Shown one piece after another: positions 19,935 through 29,918 of a DNA stretch of 31,377 nucleotides. The notes beneath the pieces are model-generated. The model had not been told where the DNA came from, ran no database searches, and worked only from the letters and a program-made list of their open reading frames with translations. A program made the translations under genes and the position numbers. The DNA is from a virus (lineage: Duplodnaviria > Caudoviricetes). Position 1 is the stretch's first letter, and each line of letters opens with the position of its first letter. The stretch spans positions 1 to 31,377 of IMG/VR virus record IMGVR_UViG_3300031519_000135; one strand, given 5' to 3'.

Positions 19935-20856
19935 AAAATTTAAAGTTGTCGATTACGATATTATATATTTGTCGTATGATGAGCCTAATGCAGAAAAAAA
20001 CTATGCAGATTTGTGTAGTAAAGTACCTTGGGCTAAACGTGTACACGGTGTTAAAGGCAGTGATGCAGCACACAAGGCCTGCGCAGAAATTAGCGAAACT
20101 GATCGTTTTATTACAGTTGACGGTGATAACGTTATTGATCAAGACTTTTTAAATCAAGAAATTGATTTTCAAGAATATTCTAATTTAGAACGTAGTGTTA
20201 TTAGCTGGTGCGGTCAGAATGTAATTAATAATCTTATGTACGGAAACGGCGGCCTAAAATGCTGGCCAAAGGAATATGTACTTAACATGCGTACACATGA
20301 AAACGCCGATCCTAACAATGGACATGCTCAAGTAGACTTTTGTTGGGATGCAAACTATATACAGATGACTAGTTGTTATAGCACTGTTCATAATAACGCC
20401 ACAGCACAACAAGCATGGCGTGCAGGTTTCCGCGAAGGTGTTAAAATGGCACTTGATAGAGGCATTCGACCTAGTAAACAAGATTTTTTAAACGGACATT
20501 GGAAAAATCTCCATATGCTGTATGTTTGGAATATGATAGGTGCTGATGTAAAAAACGGCCTTTGGGCAATCTACGGAGCAAGAGAAGGTCTTTACAAAAC
20601 AATGTGTACAGACTGGGACTATGTGCAAGTACGCGACTTTGAATATTTAAATAACTTATGGAATAACAAATATAGTAAAGTTACCGAAGATATGTTATGT
20701 TATGAAATTATGGGATTAGGTGAAACACTAATTTATGAACTTGGTATTCCTATTGCATCTTCTCCTTTAGATGCACAACAAAGTAAGTTTTTTAAAACAT
20801 TATATCAAAGCCCTCCTGGCAGACGTAAATCACAACTTATAATCGACCAGGAATAA
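19927..20856 (+). CDS. GT-A-like (GT2-like) glycosyltransferase/nucleotidyl-sugar transferase
   Basis: 309 aa with YDIIYLSYDEP...RVHGVKG..AAHKACA...FITVDGDN (DXD after a hydrophobic strand). Paralogous to 29918-30595. Confidence 0.6.
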   Translation: MSKKFKVVDYDIIYLSYDEPNAEKNYADLCSKVPWAKRVHGVKGSDAAHKACAEISETDRFITVDGDNVIDQDFLNQEIDFQEYSNLERSVISWCGQNVINNLMYGNGGLKCWPKEYVLNMRTHENADPNNGHAQVDFCWDANYIQMTSCYSTVHNNATAQQAWRAGFREGVKMALDRGIRPSKQDFLNGHWKNLHMLYVWNMIGADVKNGLWAIYGAREGLYKTMCTDWDYVQVRDFEYLNNLWNNKYSKVTEDMLCYEIMGLGETLIYELGIPIASSPLDAQQSKFFKTLYQSPPGRRKSQLIIDQE

Positions 20857-20860
20857 CTAT

Positions 20861-22423
20861 ATGAAAAAAGATAATATTAATTTTATTAAAGATAAAAATG
20901 GTGAACTAACTAGCGATCCCATCAATCTTGAAAATGTACAAACTCTATTAAATTCTACTGGTTGCGGCTTTTGTCTAGCAAAATTTACACAAGTTACTAT
21001 GCATCTTGGAACAGGGTATGTACACAGTTGCCACCATCCAAAGATGCATAAGATTTCTGTTGAAGAAATTGAAAAAGATTATAGGGCACTATTTAATACT
21101 AGGCATTTAAAACAAGTGCGCAAAGAGATGCTTAATAATCAAAAGCCTTCAGAGTGTGATTATTGCTGGCGTATAGAAGATGACAAAAATCTAAGTGATC
21201 GCACTTTTAAGAGTAGCAAGCGGTTTGCGTTTGACTACCATGACGAGATTTCACAGTATAAGGGAGATGAAATTATTTCTCCTACTTACTTAGAAGTTAG
21301 CTTTTCTAATGTATGTAATATGAACTGTCTATACTGCGGTCCCGAGTTTAGCAGTAAGTGGGTTGAAGACTTAAAACAAAACGGTCCTATAAAGGTCTTA
21401 GAAAACACAACAAAAGAACGCTGGGTCCAAGGCTGGCAAGATCTTGATAATTTAAATATTCCTAATAGGGAGTACAATCCGTATATTAATGCGTTTTGGA
21501 AATGGTTTCCTGAAGTTTATCCTAAATTAAAAACATATCGCATTACAGGCGGCGAGCCTCTAATGAGTAAAGAAACATTTCGAAGTATGGATTGGCTTGC
21601 TGCAAACCCAAATCCAGGACTAGACTTTAGTATTAATACAAATCTAAGTGTACCAGATAAACTATGGAATACATTTATAGAAAAATTAGTAAAAATTAAA
21701 GACACAACGGGCGTAACCGTGTTTACAAGTATCGAAGCCTGGGGCAAACGTGCAGAATACTTGCGCCGCGGACTAGACGTTGATGTATTTAAAAAACGTT
21801 ACGAACAATTAGCACAACTTGGCAATGTAAAAGTTGTTACTATGGCAGCATATAATGTACTAAGTATTTCTAGCTTTCAACAATTTCTAGAATGGCAACT
21901 AGAAATGAAACAGACATACAACTATAACAGTGCAGTATTATGGTGGGAAGATAACACATCTTATAAATTTAGAGAAGGCCCTAGCAATAGAGAATTAAAG
22001 AGCATATCACACTCGCATATTATTCCAATAGGACTTGATATAGCCTATGTGAGGCATCCACCGTTTCTTGACGCACAAATCTGTACAGACAAAATGACAC
22101 AAGAGTATATGATTCCTACAATGAACTTTATGGCAAATAATACTGTAGATAACAAATGGTCTATGCACACTTCGTTTGAATTGAGTGAAATGTATAAATT
22201 AAAAAATATTACAGAACATAAAATGTCTGTAACACATTCTGTACATCCTGGAACAGAACACTATTTTAAAAAGATAACGCATCCTAGAGCAGAGTTTTTT
22301 GACTTTATTAATACAAAGGACCGTCGCGACGGCACTAACTTCTTAGAAGTATTTCCAGAAATGGAAGAATTTTACGAAGAATGTAAAACTGCTAACGACT
22401 TAGTACGAGCTAAATCGATATGA
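20861..22423 (+). CDS. Radical SAM enzyme with N-terminal twitch-like Cys cluster
   Basis: CNMNCLYC (21314-21337) and ITGGEP motifs. The N-terminal FC...SCHH...CDYCW residues are candidate auxiliary Fe-S ligands. Confidence 0.9.
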   Translation: MKKDNINFIKDKNGELTSDPINLENVQTLLNSTGCGFCLAKFTQVTMHLGTGYVHSCHHPKMHKISVEEIEKDYRALFNTRHLKQVRKEMLNNQKPSECDYCWRIEDDKNLSDRTFKSSKRFAFDYHDEISQYKGDEIISPTYLEVSFSNVCNMNCLYCGPEFSSKWVEDLKQNGPIKVLENTTKERWVQGWQDLDNLNIPNREYNPYINAFWKWFPEVYPKLKTYRITGGEPLMSKETFRSMDWLAANPNPGLDFSINTNLSVPDKLWNTFIEKLVKIKDTTGVTVFTSIEAWGKRAEYLRRGLDVDVFKKRYEQLAQLGNVKVVTMAAYNVLSISSFQQFLEWQLEMKQTYNYNSAVLWWEDNTSYKFREGPSNRELKSISHSHIIPIGLDIAYVRHPPFLDAQICTDKMTQEYMIPTMNFMANNTVDNKWSMHTSFELSEMYKLKNITEHKMSVTHSVHPGTEHYFKKITHPRAEFFDFINTKDRRDGTNFLEVFPEMEEFYEECKTANDLVRAKSI

Positions 22424-23637
22424 TAGAATTAGCATATGACTGGATAGGTCCTGAAGGACCGTGGCCGAACGGACAAAATCTAGACTTATTAGCTTCGCCC
22501 AATAATTATAAACATGCACAATATGCTATTAACAATAACATCTATAATCTTGAAAGCAGACGTCATCCTTTTACTTACTCTAAAATACAATCAATTTTAG
22601 GTAACCGCAATACAATACAAAAACATATATTGCAGTGCAAAGGAAAGTTTGTATACGAACTAACACCCTTGCTCAAGCCATACCAATGGACGGATACAAC
22701 ATTTGATAACGTAAGTAGTGTAGCAATACAAGCACAGCAAACTGGAAAATGTTTATTTGTTATTAATGACATGAATGAAGGGTATTCAAATAAAGAATAT
22801 AATTTCTTTGAAAATATCCATCTTCAAATTGAAAAATATTTGTTAAATCCTATTAATGTTATGTATATTACAATGAATTCTGTTGCTAAAACTGAATATG
22901 CAAAATGGGCAGCTCGCAATAATATTTATAAACAAATTAATATACAAGAAGTTTATCTATACGAATATGCAGATAATAAAAATTTAGACATTGCTAATCC
23001 TTCAACCCATTTTATATGTTTAAATAGGCAACCAAATCCTTTAAGGCAATGTTTAATTTATGAACTATGGCGCCGCGATTTACTAAAATACGGTCATGTT
23101 AGTATGCCATCTCCGAGTGATAAATTAGACTTTAATTTTGATAAAGATAATCTTAAACTTTTTGATATAGATGATAGTCAATGGGATGAATTTTTAAATA
23201 CATTACCTTATATTGCAGATGGTAGGAGTTTTTTAGACCAAACATGTAACACTAACTCAATAACAGACTTTTATTTTGATAGCGTATATAGTGTTATTAC
23301 AGAAAATACGTTAGGTGATATTGATTGTGTTAAATTATCTGAAAAGACTTTTAGAAGTTTAGGAAATTATTGCTTACCGTTGTATATGTATAGTCCGGGC
23401 ATAGGACAGTCGCTAACTAAATTAGGGTATGAAGTTGATGCAGATATCATTATAAATGACGCTAAGAGATTTTGGGCATTGATTAATAAGTTAGAACGCA
23501 TATGCCAAATAAATATTAAACAGTTACATAAGAAAACTAAAAAAATTAGAATAAAAAATAACAAGAATTTGTTAGCTCGAGAAAAATTAACGATACTGCA
23601 AACACGGAGAGATATCCAAACATGGCTAGCTACTTAA
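22420..23637 (+). CDS. Putative glycosyltransferase (GT10/GT-B-like C-terminus)
   Basis: 405 aa. The C-terminal YSVITEN......LSEKTFRSL....LP resembles the GT10 fucosyltransferase nucleotide-sugar-binding motif (FEN....Y.TEK). It sits directly upstream of an NDP-sugar epimerase. Confidence 0.45.
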   Translation: MIELAYDWIGPEGPWPNGQNLDLLASPNNYKHAQYAINNNIYNLESRRHPFTYSKIQSILGNRNTIQKHILQCKGKFVYELTPLLKPYQWTDTTFDNVSSVAIQAQQTGKCLFVINDMNEGYSNKEYNFFENIHLQIEKYLLNPINVMYITMNSVAKTEYAKWAARNNIYKQINIQEVYLYEYADNKNLDIANPSTHFICLNRQPNPLRQCLIYELWRRDLLKYGHVSMPSPSDKLDFNFDKDNLKLFDIDDSQWDEFLNTLPYIADGRSFLDQTCNTNSITDFYFDSVYSVITENTLGDIDCVKLSEKTFRSLGNYCLPLYMYSPGIGQSLTKLGYEVDADIIINDAKRFWALINKLERICQINIKQLHKKTKKIRIKNNKNLLAREKLTILQTRRDIQTWLAT

Positions 23638-24515
23638 TAACAGGCAGTAGTGGATTTTTAGGACAAGAAACTGCAAAACGATTAATACAGCAAGGGCATA
23701 ATGTTGTTGGAGTTGATCTTATTCCAGGAAATTATACTTCGCATGTTCAATCTATTGAGACATTTGATATATCGATTTCGTACGATGCAATATTTCATTT
23801 TGCTGCATATGTAAAAGGACGAGAAGTTATCGAAAATAGTTTTTTGTCAATTGCAAAAAATATAGAAATTGATAGAATAGTATTAGAGAAGATTCTAAAA
23901 TATCCTCCTAAACGGTTTGTGTATCCAAGTAGTAGCGCAGTATATCCGACTACGTTTCAACAAACTAATCATAAACCATTATCTGAAATTGATATTGATT
24001 TTTCTAAAAATAACATCGGAGTAAGTGATCATCTATACGGCTGGTCCAAATTAACTACTGAACGTATGTTATGGGAAATAAAGGATAAAATTAATACTAG
24101 TATTTCGATAATACGTCCATTTAGTGGATACGGCCCAACACAGAGTTTAGACTACCCTATTCCTAATCTTATTAACATTGTAAAAAATAATCCAAGTAAT
24201 ATAGAAGTTTGGGGAACAGGCGAACAAACTAGAGACTTTGTTTATATTGATGATATTATTGATACACTTGAATGGTGTTTAACTGATACTGCTAAATTTA
24301 GAGTTGTTAACATAGGAACAGGTGTAGCAACTAGTTTTAATGAAGTAATACAATTAGTACATTTATTAATATACAATAAATCAGCACAAACAATTAATAA
24401 TATTTTAGAGAAACCAGTAGGGGTATTAAATCGTTATTGTGATCCTGTGCTCCAACAACAACTTGGGATTCATCCTAAAATTTCTTTAGAGCAAGGCTTA
24501 AAATTAATGTTATGA
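23622..24515 (+). CDS. NAD-dependent nucleotide-sugar epimerase/dehydratase (extended SDR)
   Basis: ITGSSGFLG Rossmann motif, HFAA, SSSAVY, catalytic YGWSK and GTGEQTRDFVYIDD. Confidence 0.92.
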   Translation: MASYLITGSSGFLGQETAKRLIQQGHNVVGVDLIPGNYTSHVQSIETFDISISYDAIFHFAAYVKGREVIENSFLSIAKNIEIDRIVLEKILKYPPKRFVYPSSSAVYPTTFQQTNHKPLSEIDIDFSKNNIGVSDHLYGWSKLTTERMLWEIKDKINTSISIIRPFSGYGPTQSLDYPIPNLINIVKNNPSNIEVWGTGEQTRDFVYIDDIIDTLEWCLTDTAKFRVVNIGTGVATSFNEVIQLVHLLIYNKSAQTINNILEKPVGVLNRYCDPVLQQQLGIHPKISLEQGLKLML

Positions 24516-26299
24516 AAAATATATATTTCTTTCAAGTTAACTTTCCCATAGGATTTGGCAAATTTCAAACACATTGGCTTCCTTATGCAGTTGCCCGCTT
24601 GTGGAGTTATGCTAGAACAGACTTGTATATCAACAGTACCTATATTGCAAAAGATTTTGTATTTGAACGATTACCTATAGATAACTTTGTAGAAAGTATT
24701 GATAGTATTGAAATTGCTGCGTTTAGTTCGTATATCTGGAATGAAAATTATAATTTAAAATTAGCTAAAAAAATTAAAGAAAAATTTCCTAATTGTTTAA
24801 TTGTATTTGGCGGCCCGCAGGTACCTGATAATACTGCACAATTTCATAAAGACAATCCGTTTATTGACCACACGTTTCACGGTGAATCAGAGTACTTGTT
24901 TAAGGAGTTTCTTTTAGATAACAATAAACCAAAGCGTATAATAGGGCCACGGGTAGATAATTTAGATACACTTTGTAGTCCATTCACTGACGGAATACTT
25001 GATAGTATTGTTAACAAGCATAAAACTAAAAACTTTAGCATAACACTTGAAACCAACAGAGGATGTCCATATGCTTGTACTTTTTGTGATTGGGGTAGTT
25101 TAACATTCAACAAAGTTAAAAAGTTTAATACTAATTTAGTTAAACAAGAAATAGAATGGATTAGTAAGAATGGTATTAAGTTTGTTGATGTAGCTGATGC
25201 AAACTTTGGTATATTTAAAGATAGAGATTTTGAGTTGTTAACTTACATGGTTGAACAAAAACAAAAATACGGATATCCTGAAACCTACAGTTTTAATTGG
25301 CAAAAAAATAGCACCGAGCATACGTTAAAAATGGTTGAATATCTTACTAATAATAACAGTGCAAGAGGGTTTACACTAAGCGTTCAAAGTATGTCAGACG
25401 AAGTACTAACAAACATAAAAAGAAAAAACATGGAAGTTAGTAATTTTCAAAATATAATGCAACAATGTAACATAAAAAACATACAAACATATACTGAGCT
25501 AATTTTAGGTTTGCCAGGAGAAACATATGAATCTTGGATAACTGGTATAGACAAACTGTTAACAGCAGGGCAACATAATAATATTGAAGTATGGCTGTGT
25601 CAACTGCTAGTTAATGCTGAACTCAGTAATAAAAAAAGTTTAGAAAAATATAATATACAAACTTCTAATATAAAAAATTATATCAGTGGTGATACAAGCG
25701 AAGAAGGTCAAGAAGGTATACAAGTTATTAAAAGTACTAATACGTTGTCGTATACTGAATTATTAGATTGTTATATGTATAGCTGGATGATTACTAATTT
25801 TCATAGCTTTGGTTGGACACAAATTATTAGTAGATGGTTGTATGTTACTAACGGTATACCCTACAAAGAGTTTTATAATAATTTGTTAGAAAAATTAAAA
25901 CATCATCCATTCTATAAAGAAGTTAGACATGATGTTGATTACGCATATCAAACTGGTCTTATACAACAAAAGGGCATGCATTATTATATTGCAGAATCGC
26001 AAAAAAAATTGCATATGAATAGAGAAGATACATTTGCATTTATTAAGGATATGAATTATGATATACCGGACGACATTTATAATTTTACCAATTTGTATGT
26101 GACCAACTTTAACAATCCAGTAAATACATCAGTAGAGTTTGATATCTCTGTTTGGAATATTATCAACAACATTGGTAGTGATTGCACTACATATACTTTC
26201 AAATGGACTGAAGATGTTACCGACGAACAGGAATATTATGATAGTTTTTATTTTAGACGGAGAAAGGGGTGGGGTAAATGCATAGTAACATTATTGTAG
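24512..26299 (+). CDS. Cobalamin-binding radical SAM enzyme (class B type)
   Basis: N-terminal B12-binding-like domain (FSSYIWN...LAKKIKEKFPNCLIVFGGPQ...GESE), ETNRGCPYACTFC (Cys at 25064-25087), DANFG and ELILGLPGET. Confidence 0.88.
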   Translation: MKNIYFFQVNFPIGFGKFQTHWLPYAVARLWSYARTDLYINSTYIAKDFVFERLPIDNFVESIDSIEIAAFSSYIWNENYNLKLAKKIKEKFPNCLIVFGGPQVPDNTAQFHKDNPFIDHTFHGESEYLFKEFLLDNNKPKRIIGPRVDNLDTLCSPFTDGILDSIVNKHKTKNFSITLETNRGCPYACTFCDWGSLTFNKVKKFNTNLVKQEIEWISKNGIKFVDVADANFGIFKDRDFELLTYMVEQKQKYGYPETYSFNWQKNSTEHTLKMVEYLTNNNSARGFTLSVQSMSDEVLTNIKRKNMEVSNFQNIMQQCNIKNIQTYTELILGLPGETYESWITGIDKLLTAGQHNNIEVWLCQLLVNAELSNKKSLEKYNIQTSNIKNYISGDTSEEGQEGIQVIKSTNTLSYTELLDCYMYSWMITNFHSFGWTQIISRWLYVTNGIPYKEFYNNLLEKLKHHPFYKEVRHDVDYAYQTGLIQQKGMHYYIAESQKKLHMNREDTFAFIKDMNYDIPDDIYNFTNLYVTNFNNPVNTSVEFDISVWNIINNIGSDCTTYTFKWTEDVTDEQEYYDSFYFRRRKGWGKCIVTLL

Positions 26300-26904
26300 T
26301 TGCGCAGCCCCGTAGTGGAGGAGTAGTTACTACGCAAGTACTGAATAAAATTTATCCGTTGCACAAAAATCTATATGAACACTTTAATTCTCATAGATAC
26401 GGATATAATATAAATGATCAACTAACCTCTGCACGCGACCAACAACCGTTTATTGTTAAAGTGAGTTATTTTGATTTAAAAGATGTATTTGACCAATTAA
26501 CTACCTTTGATGCTATATGGTATCATGTACATCGATTGAATCCTGTTGAGATGGTGTGCAGTAGTTATTTGTCATCGGTTACAGGCATATTTCATTTAGA
26601 TCAAGATAACCTACATATACCGTTAACAGATGTTGTTGTAGATAAAGATTTTGTGCAATGGTTTTTTTCTAAAGAAAATCCTGGAGGCTGGCACTATAAC
26701 TCTGCCAAAAATATTCCTTTTTTAAACAGTATAGATTACAAACAAGTAACGTATGACGATCAAACAACTTCATCAGATATCTACAAGCAACTAACTTGTG
26801 TTAACAAACAAATAACACTTGGTATACAAAAACTATATCCGAACAAAGATACTACTATAAAAAATTTAAAACAAGTAGCAGAATGGGTAATAGAATATGT
26901 TTAA
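26278..26904 (+). CDS. Sulfotransferase-like P-loop protein (Stf0-like)
   Basis: N-terminal VVAQPRSG resembles the 5'-phosphosulfate loop and HRLNPVEMVCSS resembles the 3'-phosphate-binding R..P....S motif. The loop is degenerate (PRSGGV instead of PRSGS/T). Confidence 0.5.
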   Translation: MHSNIIVVAQPRSGGVVTTQVLNKIYPLHKNLYEHFNSHRYGYNINDQLTSARDQQPFIVKVSYFDLKDVFDQLTTFDAIWYHVHRLNPVEMVCSSYLSSVTGIFHLDQDNLHIPLTDVVVDKDFVQWFFSKENPGGWHYNSAKNIPFLNSIDYKQVTYDDQTTSSDIYKQLTCVNKQITLGIQKLYPNKDTTIKNLKQVAEWVIEYV

Positions 26905-27658
26905 AAATAAAAGTACTCTAGTAGTTTTTGGAGACAGTAATGTTTGGGGAGCAGAAATGGCAAACTGTCCTGAATTACAAAGAGATTTCAAAACTATAGT
27001 CTACGATCCTAGTAATATTGAAATTTGGCCCCACCATATTAGATATAGTTTTTCAGGATTACTTGCTGAAAGACACGATATGAAACTTTTAAATTTAAGT
27101 ATACCAGGATCTAGCAACGATACAATCTTTAGAAGAATAAATAATTTTTTACAAGGACAATATCCTGTAGACCTCGACGAGTGTTTTGTTATGATTTTTT
27201 GGACATCTGTTGAAAGAAGAGAATTCCGTCAGCCAGTTACATATGAAGACAAATACTTTAATTATTCTCCTACCTGGGCCCATCTTTATCGCGAAAGCTC
27301 TAAAATAAAGTTTCACAAAATTTATTCTAGATTTATTTTTTCTGAGGAACACGATCTAATAAAAACTTTTAATTATATATATTCTATAAACGGTTTGTTG
27401 TGCTATAAAGGAATTGAATTTGTCCAAGGTTATTCATTATTTAAAAACGAATTATACGAGTTAGTAAAAGAACATAAGTTACCAAATTTTATATCTAACT
27501 ATTTTGAAGATTCTATTCATAGTATCGCAGCAGTAGCTGCCGATCACCGGCCCTGTCCTAATCTTTATCAGTTTACAGGTAGTCATCCTACAGAACTAGG
27601 TCATGTAGCTATTGCAGATAGATATGAACAACTGCTTAAACAAAGACAGGCAACATAA
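26897..27658 (+). CDS. SGNH/GDSL-fold protein (esterase or O-acyltransferase)
   Basis: VFGDSNVWG block I, NLSIPGSSN block II and C-terminal GSHPTELGH. Confidence 0.75.
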   Translation: MFKNKSTLVVFGDSNVWGAEMANCPELQRDFKTIVYDPSNIEIWPHHIRYSFSGLLAERHDMKLLNLSIPGSSNDTIFRRINNFLQGQYPVDLDECFVMIFWTSVERREFRQPVTYEDKYFNYSPTWAHLYRESSKIKFHKIYSRFIFSEEHDLIKTFNYIYSINGLLCYKGIEFVQGYSLFKNELYELVKEHKLPNFISNYFEDSIHSIAAVAADHRPCPNLYQFTGSHPTELGHVAIADRYEQLLKQRQAT

Positions 27659-27661
27659 ATT

Positions 27662-29101
27662 ATGAACGATGATTATAAAAAATATAAAGAAGATGTACTA
27701 GACAGCAAAAGCGAAAGTTTTTGTGGCGCAAAATGGTACAATGCAACAACTTGGTTAGGTAGCGGCACTACTACTAGTTGTCATCATCCTCCTGCACACA
27801 AAATTCCTTTAGAAGAAGTAGAAGCAGATTATACTGCTATTCATAATACTGCCCATAAAAAAGAAATGCGCCGCCAAATGAAATGCGGCGACCGGCCGGG
27901 CGAGTGTGAGTACTGCTGGAAAGTAGAAGACATGGGCAAGGATGCAGTAAGTGATCGTGTTTTTAAAAGTATTATATATAGTGACAAAGATTTACAGAAA
28001 GCATATGACTTAGATCATAATGCAAATGTTGATTTAAAAACATTTGAAATAGCCTTTGATAGAACCTGTAATCTAGCGTGTAGTTATTGCAATGCTAGTT
28101 TTAGTACTACTTGGGCTAAAGATATTAATACTAATGGCCCGTACGAAAACTTAGTTAGTGACGGAGCAGGAGCGTTTAAGCAAAACGGCGACTGGACGCA
28201 GCCTTACAAAAATGATGAAGATAATCCGTATATACAAGCATTTTGGAAATGGTGGGACAATGGATTATCAGATAGTTTAGAAGAGTTACGTATTACAGGC
28301 GGTGAACCTCTTATGTCGGGTAATACTTGGAAACTATTTGATTGGTTTGAAAAACAAAACTCTAATATGCGATTTGCTATTAATAGTAATCTTATTGCAA
28401 AAAATAGTATCATTGACAAGCTAGTATCGAAAGCAAAAAATATTAATAATTTTAGTATATATACTAGTTGCGAAGCAACAGGTAAGCAAGCAGAATATAT
28501 TCGCGACGGTCTTGATTACGATCAATGGAAGTCTAATTTAGTTCGTATGTTATCAGAAACAAATGCACAGATGAACATAATGATGACTATTAATAGTTTA
28601 TGCTTGTTTAGTATTACAGATTTCTTAGATGAGATATACGAACTTAAAGGCAAATATAGAGATAATCAATTAGCAGTAAGTTTAAATTTATTACGTTTTC
28701 CAAGTTTTCAAAGTCCATTAGCATTACCATTACATCTTAAAGATTACTGTTATAATAATCTAAATGATTGGTATCAAAAAAATAAAGACGGCGAACTTTG
28801 GCATGCTCATGAACTTGCAAGTATTGAACGGTTAATTGATTACTTAGTTACTGTTGATTCTCCACATAGGCGCACTAGTAATCCTATAACATTATGGCGC
28901 GACTTCAAAACATTTTATCAACAATATGATATTAGAAGAAACAAAGACATAAAAGTATTTCCAAAAATACTTACGGATTGGGTTGATTCTATTCCTAATA
29001 CGGTTAAGGAAATCAATGACCTTGCAATACAAGAAGGGTGGGTATTGAATCCAGATAATAAAAATATAAGCGACCCTTTAGCAATTTATACTCAGGATTA
29101 A
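27662..29101 (+). CDS. Radical SAM enzyme with N-terminal twitch-like Cys cluster (paralogue of 20861-22423)
   Basis: CNLACSYC (28067-28090), ITGGEPLMS, N-terminal FC...SCHH...CEYCW, and NPYI.AFWKW shared with the paralogue. Confidence 0.9.
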   Translation: MNDDYKKYKEDVLDSKSESFCGAKWYNATTWLGSGTTTSCHHPPAHKIPLEEVEADYTAIHNTAHKKEMRRQMKCGDRPGECEYCWKVEDMGKDAVSDRVFKSIIYSDKDLQKAYDLDHNANVDLKTFEIAFDRTCNLACSYCNASFSTTWAKDINTNGPYENLVSDGAGAFKQNGDWTQPYKNDEDNPYIQAFWKWWDNGLSDSLEELRITGGEPLMSGNTWKLFDWFEKQNSNMRFAINSNLIAKNSIIDKLVSKAKNINNFSIYTSCEATGKQAEYIRDGLDYDQWKSNLVRMLSETNAQMNIMMTINSLCLFSITDFLDEIYELKGKYRDNQLAVSLNLLRFPSFQSPLALPLHLKDYCYNNLNDWYQKNKDGELWHAHELASIERLIDYLVTVDSPHRRTSNPITLWRDFKTFYQQYDIRRNKDIKVFPKILTDWVDSIPNTVKEINDLAIQEGWVLNPDNKNISDPLAIYTQD

Positions 29102-29105
29102 AAAA

Positions 29106-29918
29106 ATGTATAGCAGTATTCAAACATCAAAATGCACACTTGATACTATTTGCATGCAAAATGTTCAAGTACATAGATGTGCATCAAGGACAAAAAATAT
29201 AGGCAAGGAGTTCGTTACTGATCACGTTGGCCGTCCTGAAAAGTTTTTTAATAAAGATCCTTGGCTGTATAAAATTAACAAATACGGGTTTCGAGGAGCC
29301 AACTGGAATTTTAAGCCTAGTATTGCAGTATTTGGGTGTAGTAATATATTTGGTATAGGGGTCAAAAAAAGTGTTGCTGATGTAATGGCAGAAACACTAA
29401 ATCAACCAGTTCATAATTTAGGAATACCAGGCGGTAGTTCGACGAATATCATAAAAACATTTGCAAGTTTTGCAAATTTGCATCCTATGACAGATGCAAT
29501 TATATCGCTTCCTGCTATACAACGAGTATTTCAACCAGAAATAAATTATGATGCTAACGCCTGGATCTGGCAAAATAAAATACACTGGGATGGCGAAACT
29601 GATTATAAACTTATGAAAGCAATTGACCGCGTATGGAAAAATGATGTAACAATATCTCATATTGTTGATTTGATTGACTGGGCTGAATTAATAGCAAAAT
29701 CAAAAGGGATTAATCTTCATTGGACTAGCTGGAGCCCGCATAATCCATCATCAACTAATAAAAATATCGATTTTTACATAGGAGACTTATCTAGTAATTT
29801 TTTTATGTGGCCCGATACAAAAAATGAAAACAATGGTGCTCGTGATGCAATGCACCCAGGACCTGCGGTAGTAAAAGATCTAGCATCAATTTTTATTAAT
29901 GCCATAGAGAATGTTTAA
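29106..29918 (+). CDS. SGNH-fold protein
   Basis: AVFGCSNIFG, NLGIPGGS and C-terminal ARDAMHPG (DxxH). Confidence 0.7.
   Translation: MYSSIQTSKCTLDTICMQNVQVHRCASRTKNIGKEFVTDHVGRPEKFFNKDPWLYKINKYGFRGANWNFKPSIAVFGCSNIFGIGVKKSVADVMAETLNQPVHNLGIPGGSSTNIIKTFASFANLHPMTDAIISLPAIQRVFQPEINYDANAWIWQNKIHWDGETDYKLMKAIDRVWKNDVTISHIVDLIDWAELIAKSKGINLHWTSWSPHNPSSTNKNIDFYIGDLSSNFFMWPDTKNENNGARDAMHPGPAVVKDLASIFINAIENV

Noticed and set aside
27654-27661. CATAAATT as an internal late promoter
   Set aside because: It has two mismatches to TATAAATA and directly abuts the ATG at 27662, leaving no room for a transcript leader.
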